From an uncultured archaeon (GTDB lineage Archaea > Asgardarchaeota > Lokiarchaeia > Sigyniarchaeales > SOKP01): a DNA stretch of 64,000 nt. Shown in pieces: positions 32,503 through 41,040 of the stretch. The notes beneath the pieces are model-generated. The model worked only from the letters and a program-made list of their open reading frames with translations. It did no database searches and was not told the DNA's origin. Every line of letters begins with the position of its first letter. Positions within the stretch are counted from its first letter, which is position 1. The translations under genes and the position numbers were made by a program. The stretch lies in contig CAZWEM010000005.1 in the NCBI GenBank assembly GCA_964632315.1, forward strand, positions 1-64,000. The letters run 5' to 3'.

Positions 32503-32518
32503 TTTAGGTGCACCTAAA
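32503..32518. promoter_or_regulatory. Perfect 16-bp palindrome TTTAGGTGCACCTAAA, candidate TF operator
   Basis: Directly abuts TATA-like TTTAAATA (32519-32526) upstream of the ketopantoate reductase-like gene. Confidence 0.55.
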
Positions 32519-32581
32519 TTTAAATATATGTTTTCCTTAATTTATAATAAGCATATTTGAAATCCATATATCGTGAAATTT

Positions 32582-33508
32582 ATGAGAGTCCTTGTTTATG
32601 GTGCTGGAGTGATTGGTAGTATCTTTGCTTACAAACTAAAGAATGGAGGCATCGATACTTCAATCCTTGCTAGGGGTAAACGTTTAGAGGATTTAAAGAA
32701 ATTTGGTCTTATTGTTCAAGATGATATCTTTAATAAAGTTTACATTACAAAGATAAATGTTGTAGATAAGTTGAATGAGGAAGACTATTATGATATAATT
32801 TTAGTCATTATGCAACGACAACAAGTAACTCAAATCCTCCCCATACTTAAAAAGAATATAAGTCCTACTATAATCTTCGTGGGAAACAATCCCTCTGGAG
32901 CTTCAGAATATTTGCAATTCGTCGAAAAAGAGAGAATATTACTTGGGTTTGGAGGGCCGGGAGGTTATAGAAAAAATACTAAAATAATTGCGGCTTACGT
33001 TGATAATGCTATTCTTTACGTTGGTGAAATAGATGGAAAAGTTAGTGAAAGATTAAAATTAATTGAGACAGAGTTTACGAGAATTGGTATTAAGGTTGAC
33101 TTAAGCCAAAATATAGATGCATGGCTTAAAACTCATTTGGCGCTCATTAGTCCGTTGGCAATGGGTAGTTTTTCGATTAGGCATCAAGAGTCAACACTTG
33201 GAAATGAAAAAGAAATTATGACCATCGCAATTAAGGCTTTTAAAGAGAACATAAAAGCTCTAAAGGAACTCAATATTTCAATTCTTCCTAAGAAGTATAA
33301 ATTAACATATTGGATTCCACTCTCATTTTTAAGGAATAAGCTACTTAAACTTATTAATTCTGATTTTGGGAAAATTGCATTATCTGGACATGCAAATCAT
33401 GCTGAACAGGAAATGAAACAGCTTACAATAGAGTTTTTTAAGTTAGTGGAAAACGTTAAATCTAAAAGGGACGCAAATCGAGAACTTTTTAAATTAAGCT
33501 TTGCATAA
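32582..33508 (+). CDS. Ketopantoate reductase (PanE/ApbA)-family protein
   Basis: MRVLVYGAGVIGS Rossmann motif, LARG, DAWLKTH. Confidence 0.8.
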   Translation: MRVLVYGAGVIGSIFAYKLKNGGIDTSILARGKRLEDLKKFGLIVQDDIFNKVYITKINVVDKLNEEDYYDIILVIMQRQQVTQILPILKKNISPTIIFVGNNPSGASEYLQFVEKERILLGFGGPGGYRKNTKIIAAYVDNAILYVGEIDGKVSERLKLIETEFTRIGIKVDLSQNIDAWLKTHLALISPLAMGSFSIRHQESTLGNEKEIMTIAIKAFKENIKALKELNISILPKKYKLTYWIPLSFLRNKLLKLINSDFGKIALSGHANHAEQEMKQLTIEFFKLVENVKSKRDANRELFKLSFA

Positions 33509-33652
33509 ATAAAAGAAATTTAACGTGTAATTTTTTTAATCCATTTTTTTTGTTAAATTATAAATAATTCTTTATTCCAACTTTTTATTATGCTAAGTTT
33601 TAAAAAGATCAATAGAATTTTCCAAATTTCTCTTCTAATACTCTTCTTATGG

Positions 33653-33814
33653 AATCCTACTCTTTATTTATACTCTCAGACGATAAAATTATCAAATGCG
33701 AAAATCAAGTATTTTTCGAAAAAATTTGGCGAATAGAATGAAGAAATATATTGTGAACTTTTAGGATATTCTAAAGAAACGTTAAAAGAATTGAAGTAAA
33801 AAAGGGTAATATAG
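33653..33814 (+). pseudogene. C-terminal remnant of a CaiB/BaiF family III CoA-transferase
   Basis: FGE*NEEIYCELLGYSKETLKELK*KRVI* matches the LGEHxxEIxxELLGYSxEEIxxLxxxGVI end motif; two internal stops (33734, 33797). Confidence 0.7.
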
Positions 33815-33901
33815 AAAAGAACATTAGAAGTATCAAAAACTTATAATAAGTAAAACGATTAAAATACTTATAAATCAATCATAGAATATGGGAAGAAAGA
33901 A

Positions 33902-34189
33902 ATGGCAGAAGAAGAAAAAAGAGAAAATTTTATCGATAATTTAAATAAAACGTTTCTCGATTTTGTTGGAAATGCTTTTGGAGAATCTGGTCGAGACTTC
34001 ATGGAAGAAACTCAAGAAAAGTTAAAGGATTTTTCTTCAAGTTCTATTAAAAAGTTCATGGAATTCTCAGATTCCGTCTTAGAAAACTTGAACCTTACTG
34101 AAAACGAACAAGTCATGAAAGCTCGAGATTCCGTAGAAGATATGCTCAAGCAAGCAGGTCTATTAGAAGAAGATGAAGATGAATTTTAA
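33902..34189 (+). CDS. Small acidic helical hypothetical protein
   Basis: 95-aa ORF with plausible coding composition. Confidence 0.65.
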   Translation: MAEEEKRENFIDNLNKTFLDFVGNAFGESGRDFMEETQEKLKDFSSSSIKKFMEFSDSVLENLNLTENEQVMKARDSVEDMLKQAGLLEEDEDEF

Positions 34190-34256
34190 TCTGTAATTTT
34201 AATAGTATTTATTTTATCATTCTATTTTTATTTGAAACTTTAATTAAAATAGGCTT

Positions 34257-34502
34257 TCACAGGGCTTTAGCATTTTTTAGGAACGATTGAATCTCTTCTT
34301 GAGTCGCATTAAATAGTTCTGAAATGACTTGAATAGAGATTTCTTGATTCATTCCAGCAGCTTTATAATCTTTATAAAGTTTTACCCATGTCTCTTTTTG
34401 AGCATATTTTTCAGCGTGAGCTTTTTGAACATGTTGCCAATAAGGATGCTTCAATTCGACTCCACAATAGGGACAAAATCGACTTTCGGTTTCATCGGAC
34501 AT
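34257..34502 (-). CDS. Small C2H2-type zinc-finger protein
   Basis: CPYC-x9-H-x4-H (CPYCGVELKHPYWQHVQKAH) followed by a helical domain. Confidence 0.7.
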   Translation of the reverse strand: MSDETESRFCPYCGVELKHPYWQHVQKAHAEKYAQKETWVKLYKDYKAAGMNQEISIQVISELFNATQEEIQSFLKNAKAL

Positions 34503-34610
34503 AATTATAACAACTTAAGTTGTAAATGATAATAAAAATTTACAGAATAATAGTATTAAGAAATTTATACTTTAAAAATTTTTAATTTCGAAAAAAAATG
34601 AGTAATAATT

Positions 34611-36122
34611 ATGAATAAGAAAGAAGGTGTAAATCTATTAGCTTTTGATATTGGAGCAAGTTCTGGAAGAGGAATTTTAGGAAATTTAAAAAACGAACAA
34701 TTGGAAATAGAAATTATTCACAGATTCCCTAATGACGCTATAAAAATCGACGATTCAGATTATTGGAATATTTTTAACATATATAATGAATTAAAGAAAG
34801 GTATTAAAAAATGCGTCGATAAAAATATAGTTAATTTGAAGGGAATTGGAATAGATACATGGGGGGTTGATTTTGTTTTATTGGACAGTAATAATGAATT
34901 AATTGGTATCCCTCATACTTATAGGGACAAGCGTACAAAAAATAGTTTAAATAAAATGTTTTTAGAAATTTCTAAAGAAGAAATATTTAATCAAACAGGA
35001 ATTCAATTCATGGAATTAAATACTTTAAATCAACTCTATTCAATGCTCAAACAAGAATCACCTCAATTATTGAGAACAAGTAAGGTATTAATGATTCCAG
35101 ATTTTCTAAATTACCTGTTATGTGGAGAAATCTCAACCGAATACTCAATTGCAACAACAACTCAATTATTTAACCCCAATACAAAGGAATGGGCTTTTGA
35201 TCTAGTAGAAAAATTTGGTTTGAAGAGAAATTGGTTTGCTGAAATTATTCCTCCAGGTTCAATTTTGGGCAAGCTAAATGAAACTATAAATTCAGAGATA
35301 GGGTTAAACCCACCACCAAATATTATTGCACCTCTTTGTCATGATACGGGATCTGCGGTTGCAGCTACTCCTGTCGAGATGGAGAAGTATAAAAGCGGGG
35401 AATGGGCATATTTAAGTTCAGGAACTTGGTCATTGCTGGGTGTTGAGTTGAATGCTCCTATAATCAATAAGAAAAGTTTAAAGTATAATTTTACTAATGA
35501 AGGAGGAATCGCCGGAACAATTCGATTTTTAAAAAATATTATGGGTTTATGGATCATTCAGGAATGTAAAAAAATATGGGATATTGAAGATCATCAATTT
35601 ACATGGGAAATATTAATACAAGAAGCTAATACGTCTGAACCTTTTAATTGTTATTTCAATATTGATGATCCACAGTTCCTTAATCCAGATAATATGATAA
35701 AGGCGATAATTAATTATTGCAAATCTACTAACCAATCCATAGTTAATTCGCCAGGACAAATTACTCGAGCTATTTTCGAAAATTTGGCATTTCGTTACAA
35801 ATTTGTACTTGAAAAGTTAGAGGAACTAATCGAAAGTAAGATTAAAATCCTTCATATAATTGGTGGAGGAAGTAATAATAATCTACTCAATCAATTCACT
35901 GCAAATTCAACTGAGCTTCCAGTAAAAACCGGTCCTTCAGAAGCAACAGCAATTGGGAATATTTTGGTGCAAGCATTAGCTCTTGGAGATATTAATAATG
36001 TTTCAGAATTAAGGAAAATAGTAGTTAATTCATTCGAAATAGAGGATTTTACACCAAATGAGACAAAAAAGTGGAGAAATGCATATAACGAGTATTTAGA
36101 AATAATTGATCTACCACTTTGA
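34611..36122 (+). CDS. rhaB: Rhamnulokinase (FGGY family)
   Basis: AFDIGASSGR, IGIDTWGVDF, HDTGSAV, SSGTWSL, NFTNEGG, KNIMGLW, EATAIGN. Confidence 0.92.
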   Translation: MNKKEGVNLLAFDIGASSGRGILGNLKNEQLEIEIIHRFPNDAIKIDDSDYWNIFNIYNELKKGIKKCVDKNIVNLKGIGIDTWGVDFVLLDSNNELIGIPHTYRDKRTKNSLNKMFLEISKEEIFNQTGIQFMELNTLNQLYSMLKQESPQLLRTSKVLMIPDFLNYLLCGEISTEYSIATTTQLFNPNTKEWAFDLVEKFGLKRNWFAEIIPPGSILGKLNETINSEIGLNPPPNIIAPLCHDTGSAVAATPVEMEKYKSGEWAYLSSGTWSLLGVELNAPIINKKSLKYNFTNEGGIAGTIRFLKNIMGLWIIQECKKIWDIEDHQFTWEILIQEANTSEPFNCYFNIDDPQFLNPDNMIKAIINYCKSTNQSIVNSPGQITRAIFENLAFRYKFVLEKLEELIESKIKILHIIGGGSNNNLLNQFTANSTELPVKTGPSEATAIGNILVQALALGDINNVSELRKIVVNSFEIEDFTPNETKKWRNAYNEYLEIIDLPL

Positions 36123-36623
36123 CTTTAAATCCTTTCTAGTTAGCTTACTAACGTGATTGACAGCCCAAATTACATATTTATTACATTTATTTTGCCAAGT
36201 TCCACTTTTTCTATATTCTGAAAATCCCTCAGGTTTACTAAAATCATATCCACAAAGCTCAGCGCAAACTACCGACCCAAATTCTTCTTCGAAATCAGAA
36301 CAATATTTTGCTGCTTTTAAATACGCCATTGCCATTTCTGACTCGTTCATCTTTTCTTTTCCTCCCATTATTATCCCAATAGCAGCGCAAGCACCAGCAA
36401 CAGCTCCACAAGCTCCTTGCCATCCGTCTTTTGCTTTGTATCCTCCAAAACCTCCAGCTAATGGCATTGCTAAATTATGAAAGAGGTAAGAATCAATTCC
36501 CAAAACATCCAAAATGTTTGTAAAAGTTAACTCCGCACAATTTACTCCTTCGGTCATTTTGGGAAGTTCTGACTCCATTTTGCCGATTTTCTCGGTAAAA
36601 AGCTTTTTCCAATCTTTTTCCAT
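36111..36623 (-). CDS. C-GCAxxG-C-C family putative redox protein
   Basis: NCAE, GACGAVAG, FGSVVC, KC. Confidence 0.85.
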   Translation of the reverse strand: MEKDWKKLFTEKIGKMESELPKMTEGVNCAELTFTNILDVLGIDSYLFHNLAMPLAGGFGGYKAKDGWQGACGAVAGACAAIGIIMGGKEKMNESEMAMAYLKAAKYCSDFEEEFGSVVCAELCGYDFSKPEGFSEYRKSGTWQNKCNKYVIWAVNHVSKLTRKDLKSKW

Positions 36624-36629
36624 TTCAAT

Positions 36630-37151
36630 TCACTCCTGAAATTGGTTAATCTTATACCCACTATTTAAAATAATCTTAGTTGTTAATCTTGCAACATTTC
36701 CTACAAGATCTGAACAGTGTTCCATCATTCCTGATTTAAAAGCAGCTTCTAATTCGTCAGCATTCCATAAATTATAAGTTCGACCCATTAATTTATCTTG
36801 AACGTCATAACAACGACAAGATCCATATTTTTTGACGTATTGATCATGAAGCTTCTTCACAAGTGCATAAGATTTCATTGGTTTATTCATATCTTCAAAA
36901 TTATCCTTGCCACGACCAAAAAGATACCCAATGACCATAGAACCACCGACTAAAGCACCACATGTACCATCACCTGTTAAGCCTAATCCATCTGCCAATC
37001 CACTTGCAGCCCTAAATACATCTTCATTCCATATTCCTAATGATTCAAATATGGCAGCTATGCTGGTTTGTGCACACCCCGTACACTTTTTCTCATATTT
37101 TTTTCCAAGTAAATATGCTTTTTCTAAAATTTCATCTTTTGAATTTTTCAT
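36630..37151 (-). CDS. C-GCAxxG-C-C family putative redox protein
   Basis: GCAQ, GTCGALVG, YGSCRC, HC. Confidence 0.88.
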   Translation of the reverse strand: MKNSKDEILEKAYLLGKKYEKKCTGCAQTSIAAIFESLGIWNEDVFRAASGLADGLGLTGDGTCGALVGGSMVIGYLFGRGKDNFEDMNKPMKSYALVKKLHDQYVKKYGSCRCYDVQDKLMGRTYNLWNADELEAAFKSGMMEHCSDLVGNVARLTTKIILNSGYKINQFQE

Positions 37152-37265
37152 AATAAGTATATATAAGGCGATTCAAAAAAAATTTTGATTTTTATTTTAG
37201 ATTGAAGATGATAATACTATCATAAAAAAAATCAAAAATGAAAAAAAAGTATTTATTTAGATGTT

Positions 37266-40200
37266 TTAAGATGGTCGTTTTGTCATGATTTTTCCTTTCT
37301 TTTTCAAGAAGAATAAAACTGCTACCGCAGCTCCAACACTAGCGGGTATGACAATAGCTAATATTATTACTAAAGGATCTAATGGAGGTATATGAGAAGC
37401 TACCGGAACTTTCGTTGTTAACATTGTAGTATCGTACTGACTTAGTGATATCATAAATTGTGATATTCCATTTCCAGTGTCGTAGAATTCAAAGATTAGG
37501 TAAAAATGATCGGTGAATGTACCAAATTCTACAGTCGTATTTGCTACTTGATCGTTAAGAAGTAGCTGAATCTCACCATTAGGATTTGAACTATCTTGCC
37601 ATTTAAGGTCCTGCATTACATACAAATCATAATCCGAAACATTTTCTGTAGCTACTACTAATTGATTCCACTGATATGCAGATCCTTCATTTACTTCGAC
37701 AACAAAGTATGCTTGGTTAGAGGTTACTGTTGGTGTAATTTCTGTACTATTCATTGTGGCTATTAATCCGTAATTATAGTGTGGTGCTGAGTAATTACCA
37801 TAGGTAGTAGAAGTATAATTATTTATTTGGTATTTAAATAGGTTTGGAATAGGTGTTGTAGAGATATTATAACTTACTTGATGTCTATAAGTCCAGAAGT
37901 TTTCTATCGCAAATCTAATATTAATTCCACCAGTATGATCCCAATCATCTGGGATTATTAATAATTTGTACGTCCCAGGTTCGATTGCTTGCATATAAGG
38001 AGAACTAGAAGAAAAGAGCCATTGTTCATATGAAAAAGAATCATGCGCAGCTTCTTGATTCAAATATGGTACGTTTACATCGGAAGGTTGTTGAGTTAAT
38101 AGCCAGTAATCAGCATAATCATAACCATTTTCACCTATTAAGGCAAAATTCACGCTACCCGAAGTAGTTACATTTGATAATTGAATAAGATCGATATAGG
38201 GAATAGTTTCTCCAGCACCATCATAATCATCATCTACGTCAAATCTAAGCCAATAATAATCACTTTCATTTATATTAGGCAGATCAAAATTGCAACCCCG
38301 CTCCCACCAAGTAAAATCTGCATCACCATATATATTGCAAACCCACATTCCATTGCTTGAAAATTCACCAGTGGTATCGCTTGTTCTTGACAAGGCATAC
38401 CAATTATTATCATGCCAAACATCAACATTATTGTCGACACCTCCAGCTACACCGTATTGAGAAAGGGTAAAATGCATATCATGCCACTTATTTGGAAATG
38501 CTATATAGAGAAAATCTGAGTTAGATGTAAATGCGGGGAATGATTGAGACTCTACTGTCGCAATCGATGAATAATCGTAGTATTGCGAACCTAGTGGTTC
38601 TGAAGCATTATAATACACCACCGCTGCTGGATCAACGAGAGTTGGTAGTGTAGCTAAATTATCAGAGGCTAAAACGGTCGTATTCAATATATACTGTCCA
38701 GGTTCAGTAATCTCAAAATCTATAGCAAGAGCGTGTTTTAGACTATCATAATAATCATCGGGGTTAAAACTCAATTTAACATCTTGGGAAGGATAACGAG
38801 TAGGATAAGTTAAATCATTAATTGGTATCGTGCCATTTGCATTTTCTACAAACTTTGAACTAAGTTGAAATAATCCATCTTTTGTTTCGTCTGTATTTTT
38901 AATTATGGCTTTATATGTTCCAGCAGGCATATAATAATAGTAGAACCATTCAGATCCTACTTGTTTTGCTTTTATATATTCGTTAATATCATAACTTGCT
39001 AATCCTTTTGAATTCACGTAGATAAAAGCATTTGTGTTACCTAGAGCGTCTAGATAAGGATGACCAGGCGGATCACTCAAAGTTGTGAAATTAAATCTTA
39101 CAAATGAATCCTCTGGGACTGAAAATCGTATTGCCTTACTTTGATCCCTTGAAATTCTAATTGTAGTCAATGAGTCTCCAATGTTATATTTTACAGTGCT
39201 ATATTTACTCACATATAAAGAATATCTATACCAATCAGCGTAATCGGCATCCGTAAAAGAGATATATGCATTACCGCTAGAAGGAAGGTAGATCTCATGT
39301 GTTCCCATTCCAATCGAAGAACTTCGAAAATATCCATTGTTGGTTTTAGTCCAAATATATATTAGTGGTTCATACCCTGTAGCATAATCCCTACTAAGTT
39401 CTAATCTGAATAAATCTCCTCTTTTCCCATTGATAGCAAACCATTTTGACTGCCAATTAGCATGTTCTGAGTCACCAGTGCTTAAGAGATCATCACTATT
39501 ACCTCCAAAAACTAATTTATTTGATGATAATGAAGAGACAGATACGCCTAAGAACTCTAAATTAAGATAAGCAGGATGACCTAAAGTATGAGCAGCATAG
39601 ACCAATAAACGGTATGTTCCCGTTTCATAAGCCACAAATGAATAATAGTCAAAAACATCTACTGCAGGAGATACTGCATGAGATGTTGCAGTATTGAAGT
39701 CTAAATCTATCATTTTTCCAGAAGGAGAAAATAGATATTTTACATCTGGATTAATGTTAGCGGGATTATCAGTTAACCAATCAGCTTTTAATACTTTGGG
39801 TCCAGTTTTTCCAACGACTATATCAATCTGCATTGGAATAGAATGATTTAACGGAACTTTTAAGTTATCTCCCTCATCCATGACATAGTAATCAAAAACC
39901 GTATTTAATTTAAAGGGTGATAATGTATCCGCTTCAGCATTAAATGCAGAGACATTTAACCAATTTATGCTAGTCCAAGGATCAATATAGTCATTATTCG
40001 TAATGCTACCAACACCCCAATTGTCAAAATACCAGGGATAAACGATGGAAATATCATCTCCTGGAGCATCTACGGTTTCTGATTCTAATGGAGTTCCCAT
40101 CCAATCAGTCAATAGGAATTCTCCTTGATTTGATCCATCTATTGAGATTGTAGCAAGCATATTTGGCGATGGTAAAATAACACCATAGCCTAACGGATTC

Positions 40201-40340
40201 TCTTTTTCAAGGTTAAACGTTGCTCCATTTCCTCGTTTATGTGTTGCATAAGCAGGACTTAGACTTATTATATTGAAGAAAATAAATGTAACTAATCCCA
40301 TTCCTACTATAAATTTTCTTTTATTATTTGATGATTTCAT
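37266..40340 (-). CDS. Large type-I membrane-anchored cell-surface protein (beta-sandwich repeats)
   Basis: Signal peptide ending AYA; 1024 aa rich in S/T/N/Y/D with many NxS/T sequons; GTYRLLV/GTYKAII/GQYILN/GTYKLLI repeats; C-terminal TM plus KKKGKIMTKRPS. Confidence 0.8.
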   Translation of the reverse strand: MKSSNNKRKFIVGMGLVTFIFFNIISLSPAYATHKRGNGATFNLEKENPLGYGVILPSPNMLATISIDGSNQGEFLLTDWMGTPLESETVDAPGDDISIVYPWYFDNWGVGSITNNDYIDPWTSINWLNVSAFNAEADTLSPFKLNTVFDYYVMDEGDNLKVPLNHSIPMQIDIVVGKTGPKVLKADWLTDNPANINPDVKYLFSPSGKMIDLDFNTATSHAVSPAVDVFDYYSFVAYETGTYRLLVYAAHTLGHPAYLNLEFLGVSVSSLSSNKLVFGGNSDDLLSTGDSEHANWQSKWFAINGKRGDLFRLELSRDYATGYEPLIYIWTKTNNGYFRSSSIGMGTHEIYLPSSGNAYISFTDADYADWYRYSLYVSKYSTVKYNIGDSLTTIRISRDQSKAIRFSVPEDSFVRFNFTTLSDPPGHPYLDALGNTNAFIYVNSKGLASYDINEYIKAKQVGSEWFYYYYMPAGTYKAIIKNTDETKDGLFQLSSKFVENANGTIPINDLTYPTRYPSQDVKLSFNPDDYYDSLKHALAIDFEITEPGQYILNTTVLASDNLATLPTLVDPAAVVYYNASEPLGSQYYDYSSIATVESQSFPAFTSNSDFLYIAFPNKWHDMHFTLSQYGVAGGVDNNVDVWHDNNWYALSRTSDTTGEFSSNGMWVCNIYGDADFTWWERGCNFDLPNINESDYYWLRFDVDDDYDGAGETIPYIDLIQLSNVTTSGSVNFALIGENGYDYADYWLLTQQPSDVNVPYLNQEAAHDSFSYEQWLFSSSSPYMQAIEPGTYKLLIIPDDWDHTGGINIRFAIENFWTYRHQVSYNISTTPIPNLFKYQINNYTSTTYGNYSAPHYNYGLIATMNSTEITPTVTSNQAYFVVEVNEGSAYQWNQLVVATENVSDYDLYVMQDLKWQDSSNPNGEIQLLLNDQVANTTVEFGTFTDHFYLIFEFYDTGNGISQFMISLSQYDTTMLTTKVPVASHIPPLDPLVIILAIVIPASVGAAVAVLFFLKKKGKIMTKRPS

Positions 40341-40608
40341 GTTATTTCGCTTGAATTTATAATTTCTAAATGAAATTTGTTTTTTGTAACCTATTACATA
40401 CCAATATTATTATTTAAATTCGTGTTATTTTATGACAAGTTAAATTCCTATTTTTTAACAAATTTTAGAAACTGATACAATTAAATAACCATATCTTTAA
40501 CTTTCTAATTATCAAGATTTGGATCTGTCTAATATTAAATAATGGTAATTTTACTAATGTTATAACGATAGCTGGATCTATAAAATGTTTTAGGGTTAAG
40601 ATGTTTAA

Positions 40609-41040
40609 ATGAAAGAATTAGTTGAAGTTGGAATAGTTTTTCGAGGATTTATTTTAGTGAAACACCTATTTAAAAATGGGTTTGGTCATCAAGAGATCGA
40701 TCCTTGTAAGGATTTAAGAGGACCTTTTATCACAGCAATAAACTCATTTGCTCAGAATGCATTTAATAATTTATCTTTAGAATATTTAGAATCAAGTAAC
40801 AATCTATTCATATTTAAAGTTCATGAAATAAAAGCTCAAGATAGCGATTATCCTGAGCTTGTCATTTTGTACGGATTGACGGAACGAAAAAAAAAAGACC
40901 CCGAAAAAACAGTAAAAAAATTTCTTGAAAAATCAGAACCAATCATACAGCTTTTTATAACTAGGTATAATAATAAGGATTTAACGGAGTTAAGCCAATT
41001 TGAGCCATTTCAGGATGAAATAAAGGATTTTTTTGACTAA
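40609..41040 (+). CDS. Longin-like domain protein
   Basis: 143 aa; beta-beta-alpha(DLRGPFITAINSFAQNAF)-beta-beta-beta-alpha-alpha pattern ending F...Y...F..F..EI. Confidence 0.6.
   Translation: MKELVEVGIVFRGFILVKHLFKNGFGHQEIDPCKDLRGPFITAINSFAQNAFNNLSLEYLESSNNLFIFKVHEIKAQDSDYPELVILYGLTERKKKDPEKTVKKFLEKSEPIIQLFITRYNNKDLTELSQFEPFQDEIKDFFD

Noticed and set aside
36111-37151. Possible selenoproteins (family has Sec members; Lokiarchaeia use Sec)
   Set aside because: All redox positions are Cys codons; no in-frame TGA and no convincing SECIS seen
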